A stretch of 62,515 nucleotides of DNA, the filler included, from Sphacelaria rigidula (lineage: Eukaryota), in NCBI GenBank assembly GCA_964200075.2. It is 4 parts of 4 records of this genome, joined end to end, with 100 filler letters (N's around TTAATTAATTAA, not from the genome) between each part and the next. Parts side by side here need not be neighbours in the genome. Positions count along the whole stretch, not along the records: positions 15,660 to 31,218 come from CAXNAA020001700.1; positions 31,319 to 46,867 come from CAXNAA020001702.1; 2 more parts are not named here. The stretch is one strand, 5' to 3'. A model generated the notes under the pieces. The model made no database searches. It was given only the letters and a program-made list of their open reading frames with translations, and was not told where the DNA came from. The translations under genes were made by a program, and so were the position numbers. Within the stretch, counting starts at the first letter, position 1. Each line of letters opens with the position of its first letter. Of this stretch, positions 23,890-35,196 are shown in pieces.

Positions 23890-25870
23890 GTTCATTCAGG
23901 GCGAGAGACGCGCGGCTAACTGAGTGCGATTTTCTTTGTAGACGTGCAGAAGGCCTATAACACCGTGTGGAGAAACGAACTGTGGGGGAAAATGTGGGAA
24001 ACTGTGATCAGAGGAAATTGGTGGAAAATGGTGAAATACATGACATGGTGTGCGAGAAGTGCTATTCCGCTAGGTGGGAGAACATTAAATAGGTTGATGT
24101 CGTGTACAAGGGTGTGCGTTATCACGCACCCTTTCCAAGGTATTTTCAAATGACATGATAGTAACCACTGTAGTGCGTCTACCGTCTTCCTAAGAACTTA
24201 CTTCTTGAGCACATCCGGTATTTCGGTGAGGGTACCTGGGGCTGTTGATGACTCTCGCGTGGCATGCACTTCAGTCCCTTTGTTTTTGTTTCGTTTTTTT
24301 TTTCCCTCCTGTGCCTACTTTATTGGCACATCTCATGTGTTTCTCTCACCACGCCACGACCAACTCGAGGGTGGGGCTATTTCTCGTCTGTTTTCTTGAC
24401 GTCTGTCTCCCTTACTGTTTCCATTTTTGTATTTTTTGCTTTTTTTTCGGAGTCTCAGGAGAAGCGATGAGCGCTCTATCTCATGCTAGGAATAGCAGTA
24501 ACGGTACTGGAAAGGCGAGCCTACGCTTGTGATCACGGGGTCGGAACAATGGGCTAATGTGCGGAAATAGTAGCAGTAATGATGATGATGGTAGGAGTAG
24601 ACGCATCAAAGCAAGGGGTCACGGTTGGCAAAGATACGGTATCGGGACTGATGTTCGCAGATGATTTCGTGGGGATATTAGAAACACCGGAAGGATTGCA
24701 GAAACGAACAGGAAAGGCGCTAGAATATGGTGGGACATGGAGAACATAAAAACGTGCGCGGTAGTTGTATGTAACGAAGATGAGGAGAACCCCGTAGAGT
24801 TCACATGGAAGTGGAGAGAAGAGGAGTTAACGATCATAGACCAAAATGCATACCTTGGCGTAGAGATGTCAAAAACCTGTCCTTGGGGTGCACTCATAGA
24901 TAAGGTAATAGGAAAGGGTGAAATCGCGGACGGGCAAGATGAATTTCATCCCAACAGACTCGCACCTTGACACTGGGATTGAGGTATGAATCTTGATTAT
25001 TGTGATTGTACCAAGGCTGGGACATGCAGGAGATATGTGGAAAGGGAACACGAATTGTGAAGCAACTGAAACGATACAGAATTTATGAGGTAAACAAGAG
25101 ATTTGTCAACCGCGGTTGATATGGCTGTATGGCAGGAAGTAACGGAAGATTAAGATGGGAAAAGGTGGGATAGCGTAGTCGACAAAGTGTATGAGGAGGA
25201 AGTAGCAGGGAACCAAGAAAATATAATGTCCATCGGTGAATATGGGGAGTAGAAGACAAAAGTAAAAGGAAAGATGGGAATAAAAGAAAGCTGGCGCTAG
25301 GACAGAAAGTAGGCGAGGAAGGACACTTGAATATATGTGGGGGTTGAGAGAAGAGATAGGGATGGAAACATATTTGCACTGCCCAATGGGCTACGCGAAA
25401 ACACTGAAACTGCGATTTCGTGTGGGGGACCTGAACTTGCCAGAAGGAAGAACGAGGTGTGCCGGTACTCGGGTGGAGGAGGAAGTAGATGCACAGAATC
25501 GCGCTTGTGGCGAAGCAACAGAGAGTATACGCCATATTGTGGGGGAATATGGAGTAAACAAGGGGGAGCAAGACGTGTTAGAGGAGGAGATGAGAGATCT
25601 AAACGAATAATATATAAAGATGTACGGTACATTAAATAGCGAGGAAACGACCGTAATACTAGGAGATAGATGGCGGCTACAGACGGCGAAACAGGATGGG
25701 GCTAAGATATGTGAAACGATTTTGTGAGTATTATGGAAACATGTTATGAACGCCTAAATGTTGGGGATGTTTCTGTGAGGAGTAGGAACGGTATTCTGTC
25801 TCGAAGGGCATGCGTGGTCAACGGTCAAATAACTAAGGCCAGTAACAAATGAGTACGCACCCCCCTCCCC
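23890..25870 (+). mobile_element. Degenerate 5'-truncated non-LTR retrotransposon (LINE), RT plus C-terminal region
   Basis: Motifs FFVDVQKAYNTVWRN (about 23930-23980), QGCALS (about 24107), GLMFADDFVGI (about 24644), YLGV (about 24850) and LKLRFRVGDLNLPE...CGEATES..HIVGE. Many frameshifts; ends in a conserved 3' motif followed by a C-rich tract. Confidence 0.88.
24164..24593. mobile_element. About 430-bp non-coding insertion (SINE-like) nested in the LINE RT
   Basis: Interrupts the RT reading (..NDMIV / ..KQGVTVG..GLMFADD). Flanked by ATGATAGTA (24155-24163) and ATGATGGTA (24585-24593) and ends in (GAT)n. Confidence 0.55.
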
Positions 25871-28800
25871 CCCTCCACTCGATACGACCTCGATACGCCT
25901 GGTCCGGCGGAAAGCCGGTGTGCTCCGTCCTGGCTTTGCATTGGCGGACCCCTTATGGGGTTGGCGTCGGTTGGCAACGACGCTGTACAACACGCCATTT
26001 ACTGCGTGAGCTAGGCAACCAAGTTACCGTTTTTTTTCGTGACCATGATGACGTGATGGTGGTAGAGCTAGATCATTTTGTGCGGCGTGGGAGAGCCTCA
26101 ACTCCGCGCAAAGGAGATGATTGTACTACGTAGTACTTAAATGGTGAGACACTCAGGAGGCAGTGTATAAGCTGTGGCTCTCTCTGTAAGTCGCGATACC
26201 AGAAATGAAGCAACTCATCGGAGGATGCCATCCAAATGCAAGATAACCAAAAGGCTTCGGGCCGAACAATCTTCGCAGGATGCAGCTCACCCTTCATGTC
26301 ACTCGCCGAACGCACCACGGCGCTTCGCGCTTGGTGATCGATTGCAAGCCTGGTCCGGGGAAACCCAGCGTGCTCCGTCTCGGCTTTATAGGAATGCGCG
26401 GTCAATGGCCTCATGACTATGCCGTGCAAGATCATGACTACACCCGTTCCTCCCCTCGTATGCCAAATCTTGACACTCCGGGGTATATGCTCGTTCGTTA
26501 TTTTTCTGTGACTATCCCTTATACATACCAGGAGTAGAGCAATACCCGAAGGTATAGTCGTCAGTAGCACTACGTACGCTGAATATTTTGGGGGAGGGCG
26601 ATATATCTCTAGCGTTAGATGCACGACAAAGCCGGTGACACCAACCGGCACAAGGTGTCCTTTTTTAGTTATCAATGAGAGGCGATCATCTTTGCTCGCA
26701 CTCTTCGAATGTCGTGATACTACACAGCAACACAGGCTTTGATCGAGTCACTGCAGTGTTGCTAAAGTAGAAATTGCCGACAAGTGGCAATTCGTGGATA
26801 AAGTCTGAATGAAATATTAGGTCATTGGTTTATCCCAGAAAACTTCATAACAGGTGTCTGCCAGGTCGCTATAGAACTGTCTGGCCCTGCAGACACGTTT
26901 CACTCTAAAACTCGGCCGTTGTGTGGACCTGTGGTGACCTTCAACGTACCCGTGCTATCTGCGGTACCGACTGTATCGAGGCCGACTGTACTATTCTGTT
27001 GCTATTGCATCGTAATCGTCAGCGCCATTATCCATCGTATCTAGGGGTTAACCGCCCGAAAACGGGGATACGCCTCAGGTGTTGCCTACACTGAGTGAAC
27101 ATGTCCAAGAATAGTGAGCTGGGACTGACTCCTGGTCGGCGGTCGCTAGGATCCCTTGAACGTGCAGTATATTCTAGCGACACCATCCAAGGTATCTGGG
27201 GGATACCCTTCTTCAAAATGCCCCCCGTCACAACGGAGATACATCTCCCCCAGGCCTCGCCCATGATGACCATGTCTTGAAATGGGGGAGGGGGGGGGGG
27301 AGGTGCCTAGCCTGGAGCTGGTGAGGTCCCTCCTATGTGTAATTGTCGAAGATCATCACGTGTGAACAAGCGCTGTTCAGGAATAGTAGTGAAACCTCTA
27401 TTACATCTACTGACTGTGATGACGGTATACACGACAACGGGGGTGGTCACACGGATAATAACTCTTCAACAACCGTGCATGAGGAAGTCCGCTTGCCTGA
27501 ATGATCGAAATCAGGGCAGCATCGGCGTTCTTGTTCTTGAATCCACTTGCTCCAGTCTAGAAGATGAATCCGCGGTATGCGCTACCATAGAAAACACCCA
27601 GAACAGTCAAAAGAACAAAAAAACATCTCATCACCAATTCAACTACTCTATTGTACCTCACCATGAAATGTTTATTTTCACCGTCAAATGTCAACAATGT
27701 TGAAACGGCCGGCCGATAGAGTGGTGCTCAGAAGTTAGCTGATCTTCGTATATGCCAATATTCCGACAAACGTTGCGGATTATCTTGCAATTCTCACTGT
27801 GGTTTCAGACGGTAGCCGAATAATCTGAAACTTCCGTCACTTGACACCAATGTTGCTCATTTGTTGGTTTGTCCATATCTACATGTCTCTGGTTGCTGCC
27901 ACACACCTATCGCTGCATTGTAAGGTGGGAAGCACGCGTGTTTCTTCGGCGACAGGTACCGCTGTTCTCTCGGGTCAGCATATGAAGTCAAACGTCAAAC
28001 CCACAATAGTCCCAAGAGGGTATCGACAGGTCTGGAGATGACGTGCGCTGGTAAAATTCGACGCAAGTACCCCCGTTCAGTTACACGCCTGACATCGTGT
28101 CTTGACCCAAATTTTGGGATACAGCTTTACGGATGATCAAAAACATGAAAACACTGGAGTCCCGATGTTTTTGGTCTTGTTTTTGGTGCCCGTCTTTTTC
28201 AACACACCGCACGGGTCGCTACCCTTCTGACGGTTCGAAACGAACAAGCGGGCATGCGAACGGGACTATAACAGGGACGAAGGAAGTTTTGCAGCGCCCA
28301 CATGGTGCGGCTAGGGACATGAAGCTGGGGTTCACGCAGCACCTCACCTACGCGTACAGGCTCTACCGCTCGAAATGCAACAACACTCATTCCAGAATGT
28401 AGCTCTCGGTAGACGGAAGACGGTATACTCTTGAGGCGTTGGATCCAACAAAAACTGGAGGATAACTGATGTATTGAGTAGCCATGGCGCAGGTACAACG
28501 AACAAACGGTGCGTAAACACGCTCGTTTACCATTCTAACTTCAAGTTTCTCGGATGTTGGAGTTGCTCATTCCCTACTGAACCGGTTCTGGTACAAGAAT
28601 CTTCCTTTTGCACAGCTCAGAGAGGGTTATCGTGAGATCAGGTGCACTTGAGCTTGGGCGCTTCGCAACGCTGCTGAGAGCAACTTTACATCGAGGAACC
28701 TGCACATTGAAAGGGACCGTGGAACGTCTTGCACAAGTTTCTTGTGAACAGTGTAGTAGGTCCTGCAGCGCTTCATTGGCCAAGTTTCAGTGCGTCCCTT

Positions 28801-29373
28801 TGGTCATATTTCTTTGCGAACACAAGCCCTCCCCAAAAAGAAAGGACGAACCCACGAGGATCAGAAGTCATGTTTGTAAAACTGGGTAAAGACACGACCT
28901 GAGATGCCAGGGAGAGAAAAGCCTCCCGAACAGCAAGTCTTTGTTGTCCGTTGGTTCCCGATAATTTGAACGTTCGACACTTTCTACGATAGCCCCCCCC
29001 CAGAAAGCGCGTAGTTTTTGGGAGGCAAAATCTTTACGTAAATCGAAAGAGGAAAAGCCGACCACAACGAGCAGCTGGGAATTCCCACGCTTGGGTTCAT
29101 TCTCGCCAATGTTGCCAATATTAGGCGCTTCATGCAGTATGAGCCCAAACATCAGGCCCTGTGTGGCCTTTTGTTTCGTGACACTTTTGGGCTGGTTTGG
29201 GGGGGGGGGGCTATGGTAGAAAGTGTCATTCATTCGGCCGCAAGTAGTATATTTCGTGGTCTATCCATCACCGCAGTACTGCCGGGGGTGTGTATGGTCT
29301 TGATCGGATACTGAAATGATGTGTCGATAACTCTCTACTCCTCCCGACTATGGTCTACGCATCACGTACGCAG

Positions 29374-29499
29374 CGCGTCATATTCACGGGTGAGGTCGAC
29401 TTCGCGGAGGGGGAGCATATTGGCGTCGAGTTGGACGACCCAGTCGGGAATTGCAATGGAACCGTAGACGGCAAGGAATATTTCGTCTGCGACAAGAAG
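29374..29499 (+). CDS. Internal exon encoding a CAP-Gly domain (microtubule-binding protein); rest of gene not resolved
   Basis: cag|...|gtaaag phase 0-0 exon reading RVIFTGEVDFAEGEHIGVELDDPVGNCNGTVDGKEYFVCDKK, which fits the CAP-Gly pattern F.G...FA.G..IGVELD.P.G...G.V.G..YF.C. Confidence 0.85.
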
Positions 29500-30633
29500 G
29501 TAAAGTTCACGGTACGCAGAGGGCCGACCCGCTGTTGAGGGACATGAAAATTGGACCAATATTCGGTGTTTTTCATTCAGGAATATAGTGAAATATATCG
29601 ATTCTTTACGGCAGACTACAGCTATCCTGCGGCTTTTGCATGAGCCCCGCTTCTTGAACGAAACTTCTTGTTTTTGAAGAACCTAAATCATTCGGTTAGT
29701 CTTTACCTGATTTCAACGGCGAGCCGAATCCGTACATCACCTTTCCCCCTTAAACCGGGAGACAAGCATCAACGTGGACTCACGGTTGACACGTGCACTA
29801 CCTGAATCAAATGTGAACAACATGACTGCGATTCAATATATAAACTTCGACTACTCCCTCTATAGGGTCCGGTGCGGCCTCCAGGAAACTACGAACACCC
29901 GGTCGCCTCACTGGCGCCTTTTCAATCACAACATCAGGTTCGATCTTGCTCTGACTCGCAGTCAACTCGTATCAGTATCTCGAAAAGAGTGCACACATTT
30001 GTTACGAGTCCAGGAACGTACTTGCAATACGTGAACCAACGTTATTTTCAAAAGTCTGACCACGGCAAGAAGCCGAATTTATCACATTCACAGTACCCCC
30101 CGCCACGCAAAATTCGAGCTCTTCTCTTTCTTTTCCGTATGCCAACCCTCGAGGGCGATGTTGAAGTATAGCTTCCTTATGACAGTCAACGGAAACTAGC
30201 GCGGCAACGTTCAAGTGAATGCCGTTTCCTGTGCCAGATTCCTTTTTTTTTCAGAACGTCGAGGCTTTGGTGCATTATTGAAGTGTTGCTCATGAACTAA
30301 CTCCCTCTACACCCTGTAATCTGTGCCATGAACTCAAGACCGGTTTGAAAGGTCGACCGAGAATCCATGGACATGGGAGTTCCATCAAAGAGGACTATGA
30401 GGGCGCACTATGCGCCAAAATGGATTGAACCAAAGCGAGTATAGTATTTTTTCGAACCTGCGCAACGTACACGAAATTAAAGTGAAGAATTTTCTACAAC
30501 GTATCATGGTAAACCCCTGTGGAGGCGACTTTCATGGCGAGGATGCCGTGAAGCGTTAATGTTTGCAAAAAACCCGACTGGCACCGTGCCACTTGTTGCT
30601 GGTATATATATAGATAGATATAGATAGATATTA

Positions 30634-30833
30634 GAGAGTTTCGGAAAAAGCTTTTTTGTCATTTCAGAGTGCAAATATCTTAGGATCAGAGTGTATCGAA
30701 AAAATTATTTCCCTCCCCACCAAATGTGGTATCCCCCTCACTTTTTTTCGATGAGGTGGATTTTTTCATTCTGCTCTCTGATCCTGAGATATTTGCACTC
30801 TGAAATGACGAAAAAGCGTTTTCCGAAACTCTC
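30634..30833. mobile_element. 200-bp MITE flanked by TA (Tc1/mariner-Stowaway-like)
   Basis: TA|GAGAGTTTCGGAAAA...TTTTCCGAAACTCTC|TA, with terminal inverted repeats of about 55 bp. Confidence 0.75.
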
Positions 30834-31218
30834 TATTGACGTTGTTCTGGCAGCAAAGAAGACCCCAACTCTTCGCGTCTAAATGACACTTTGTGCGTGT
30901 GATCACCGATAGTTGCAGATCCTTACTGCATCGGTTCCCTGTGCTCGTTGCTCGGAATAATGCGTCAATACAAGAAGAAGTGCCATTATCTATTTCTGGA
31001 TTATACTCCCAATGACCTCGAGCTGCTCCAGTTCCTGCAGCCTGGTGTCGTAGCATGACTTTATCTAAAATCGTCCCACCGTGATATTAATCACGTCGCA
31101 CACGTTTTCTGGCCGTACTTTTATAACTCCGTCCCCCCCCCCCCCCCCTCTCGCAACAGCATACACAATCGCGCGATCCAGGTACGGTTTCCCGGCCAAA
31201 CTGCTTCTCCGGTCACAA

Positions 31219-31318
31219 NNNNNNNNNNNNNNNNNNNNNNNNNNNNNNNNNNNNNNNNNNNNTTAATTAATTAANNNNNNNNNNNNNNNNNNNNNNNNNN
31301 NNNNNNNNNNNNNNNNNN
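31219..31318. other. Artificial contig linker N44-TTAATTAATTAA-N44
   Basis: Identical 100-nt linker. Confidence 0.97.
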
Positions 31319-34239
31319 GGTGGTGGGGTGGGTGGTGGGACGGTTTTGTGTCGGGCCGTCGTCATTCGTCCCTTGACCACGCCGCCCCGTCGAGGCGGGG
31401 GGGGGGGGGAGCAGCGCTCCAATCATGTTTCGAGGGGGGACTGTGTTTGTAACAGTGGCGTTATATTCATGGCTACGGGCAGAAAGTGTTGCCCGTACAT
31501 CAAAATCCTTGTCAAGGCAAGTTCAGTCTCGAAGGTTTCACGGAGAAAACAAGATGATTCCCCTCAACCGCATCGCTCTAGGATCTTTTTTCAAGTGTAC
31601 TCGCTTCCGTAAATTACGAGACTGGCTTCCGATTTGTTTATATTCCAATCATTTATTCCGATGACACTCGCGACCCACAAGAATTTTCCTGGGTGTTCTG
31701 CGTCTATTCGCAGAAGGTCGGTCTTTGTGTTGTGCCACCTAAACCTGGTACATATGGAAACACAAGTTATTTCCCGATATTTGCAAAATACGCGCTTCTC
31801 GTGCAACGGATCCAAGTGCGTGAGCCCCCGCCCCCCCTCTCCGGGTCGTTGCTCCCCACTTGACACGTTCAAATTTTTGCCATCCCCTGTGACTTATGAC
31901 TAGAGAGGGCACGAGGCGAAAAAGTCAAGTGCCGAGGTCGCAAGTCATCTCCTGCGTCAATAGCGGTGGCGGTTAACGCTGCGGCGGCCGCGCACTCGTG
32001 GGGTGTAGGCGGTCGTGAGAGCAGGTTCGTGCGTCTTGAGGGGCCGTCATCCTTTGATCCCGTGAAAGATGGGTCTCGACGGAGGGCCCTCGCGGCGGGT
32101 TGGAAACGCACAGGCAGCGGGCGAGCCGACAGGACCGTCGGTACACCGGGGAGATGAGCACTCATACAGGACGTCAGCAGTAAGTGTACGAAGGCGGTTC
32201 GGCGGTTGTCGACAGGAGATCAAGAATGTAGTTTTTGTGTACGTCGGGTTCCAAGGCCGAGGTCCGTCCATCATGAAAGACGGACCGGTGTGACGCACAC
32301 CCCTTAGACAGCATGCGAAGCAGTTGTGAGATCCTATGAGATGCAGGAGATATCGAACTATGTTTGCACAAGGCACGATGTTTGTCAGAGGCTAGACTAT
32401 CTCGTGTTTTGAAAAAAGTCATGGTGAATTTTTGTGTGCATAAATCATGCACCTTTGATATGTAGCGCCAGGGCAGTAGCCAGCCTGCTCTCGCCGCTTC
32501 TCTGGAGGAAGTGTCGGGAATCACGAGAGTAATGCGTGGCAATATCCGAGAGTTGGCGTTTGGCCGTTAGTAGGTGTACCGCTGGGATTTCGAGGTATTC
32601 TACGTCAGTGATGCGAACTTACTGTGGGGTTGACAGGTGCCGCGCTTTGCCCGTATTTAGACATGTATCTTGCGACAAAAAAGCGCAACAAGCTCATAAA
32701 CGATTAATTGAAGGCACTCGGTCGGAGCGCTAGGGGATATCGCAGTGGCTTGGAGTTACTACGATCACTTGGTTCATGTGTTTTTTGTACGTACTCCAAA
32801 AGTAACAACAGGTATGTTGCGACATAGAGCGGGTAAATTCCGTTCATGATGACGCAAGTGGTTGAAGTATTGAAACTGGAGCCCGCGGCAAGTGGACGGC
32901 GAAATTTCTCGTCGCCCACGTTTTTCTCGTGTGCGTTTGAACACCCGATCGGATTAGTTGATGACCGGCGGCGTTCCCTTCGGTAAAATGAGCTAAACGT
33001 AAAACACCACCACCTTTTGCAACAACTGGATTTCGACTTCTTTCGTAGTGCTACACGCATGTTGTACAGAGGGCAGTTTGTGAATTCACCATGTTGTCCA
33101 ATCCTGACACAGGCTCTAGTAAGCCTCTGCAGACCCGTCAACGGAGCGCCGAAAAAGTGGGAACGTTCGTGATTTCAAGCCTGCGTGCGTACATTATCAG
33201 TATCTTCCTCTGCGGGACGTTTCAAAGGTTTCGTGCTCAGCTAGCTCGCGTATATGTGGGGAAAGTCGGCAACCCTTCACTCTGCGTCGTGCATTTGCAC
33301 ACACACATGTCATGTTTCGCAACAACGAATTCTTACACCGCATATTGCGGGGTTCCACGCTTGGATGAGGTCGTCAAGGTATCAACAAGATTTTGATGCG
33401 CTGTGCGTACATCGAACGGCCTCATGGCATCGCCCTGGCACGTGGTATGCACGCTTTCAATAACCCTTAGAGGTGAGAAACGTTGCACCATGCGCGTCAC
33501 CTCTAATTTATAGTACTAATGTTGTGATGTTTTTTCCCTGCTGGGTATTTCTGCCGCGGAGCCGCAAGCAAAACCACGGTCGCGATCGCGGACCGAATTT
33601 CATGGTGCTGCTCCATATCAGCAGTCATCTGCTTCACCGTCCCCTCGATCCTGGTTGCTGAACTCACATACATGTACCCGCGGCGGCAGCGATCGCACCT
33701 CCTTGGTTCCAGCACCAGAAAACGACAGCTAGGTACTCGATCTTTGCCAACGGCAGTAGTACCTCATTCCACACGTACGGGCAAACGCCATCTTGTAAAC
33801 ACACATGATATCATTCCGTTTCTGAGTGGTGCTCCGCCCCCCCCCCCCCCCCCCCCCCCCCCCAAAAAGGGGAAAAACAACCCCAAAAAAAAAGCGCAAC
33901 CAAAACAAAAACAGAAGGGGGGGTGTAGAGNNNNNNNNNNTTCCCACGGACCGGCCAACCCCAATTTTTAAACCCCCCAGATATTCTTTCGTTTCTGAGG
34001 GGGGGCCCCCCCCCCCCCCCCCTCGTCCCGACCGAATAAAGGGCAAAAAACTGTCAAGAAAGATGGTCATACAGTACATCAAGATGATGGGTGGTTTCAG
34101 AGACCAGGTCTTGTGAGAATTCACTATGGAGAATGCAGAAAGCTGTTTTCAGAAACTAGGTCTTGACACCTCAAAATATGTAGATTTTACCCATGTCCCC
34201 ATTACGCTTTTCTGGGGATGCGGGTTAGCGTGATATCAC

Positions 34240-34540
34240 TTTTTTTTCGTCACACTTTGAACCCCTCTCTTTTCTCGGGATGAATCCGTAGCCTCAAGGG
34301 ATCAACCCATCTCTCCCCGGAAAACCCCTCGGTTTTTTGGTCTTCTCGTGGATGGGTCAGCACTCTCGCACCACATCAACTCTCGTCAAACCAACGCAGT
34401 CAACTCCTTTTTTTTACTCACGTACTCACGCTTTCGAAAAACAGAAACCTCGAACAAAACACCCAACGCATTGGGAATCGAACCCATCACGTTATCTCCA
34501 CCCTACAATGGTGACGATCGAACACTTAGAACACCGGGAC
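34240..34540 (-). mobile_element. tRNA-derived SINE family A copy
   Basis: Shares AGGGATCAACCCATCTCTCCCC, TTTACTCACGTACTCACG and GGGAATCGAACCC with the other copies. Confidence 0.68.
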
Positions 34541-34943
34541 ACGACGGTACTCTACCGTCTGACACGCAAAATAAAATTGCCATGTATGTGCTGTGGAAGT
34601 ATTGTCTATCAGGTTTCGCTAAAAATAAGGTGCACCTAGTTGAGGTTGATGCCAGGGCTCACCTGCTATATTGTGTTCTCCAGACCAACACTATTCCAGC
34701 AGATACAGATGACGGCTATACTTTCAGAAACCAGATCATGACAAAAAATGATCGCCAGCTATTTTTTGGCGCTTGACAAACTTTGTACCGGCCGTTTTCA
34801 AGGGGGTTAGAAGCTGAAAAGCTCACACAAGGTTTATTTATACCATTAAGACGCAAAAGCGCACTGCCTTGGTGAAGATAATGAAATCAAGTGAGAGCCG
34901 GTTCAAGATTCTGGCAAAAAAACTTGGAAAAAACATCTCGTAA

Positions 34944-35196
34944 AGGCCGCTTCTTTCAGTCGGAAAACGGACTCTCAGAGAAATACCGCCCTTTTTGAGC
35001 GTTTCCTCGCAGGTTTTGGACCTCCTTTGGAAGATTTTCAATGCTTTCCAAAAGGATTCTAGCGCACTTTCCCGATCTTTCGTGTGCCCAGTTCCAATTG
35101 TTTTGGGCGGATTCCCAGTTTTTACAGCAATCCCGAAAATCTTCGATTTCTCGCAAGCAGTACGAGAGCCCGCTTTCCGACTGTAAGGAGCGGCCT
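34944..35196. repeat. MITE-like element with about 30-bp terminal inverted repeats
   Basis: AGGCCGCTTCTTTCAGTCGGAAA pairs with TTTCCGACTGTAAGGAGCGGCCT. Confidence 0.6.

Noticed and set aside
31904-32568. GC-rich candidate exons (31904-32157; about 32465-32568, SLEEVSGITRVMRGNIRELAFGR*) as the 3' end of the CAP-Gly gene
   Set aside because: They lie across an artificial linker on a different contig, and no consistent model or family could be assigned.
34030-34116. MVIQYIKMMGGFRDQ, resembling the piggyBac YN..MGGVD..DQ motif
   Set aside because: Too short, the catalytic residues are not matched, and it is adjacent to low-quality poly-C/N sequence.
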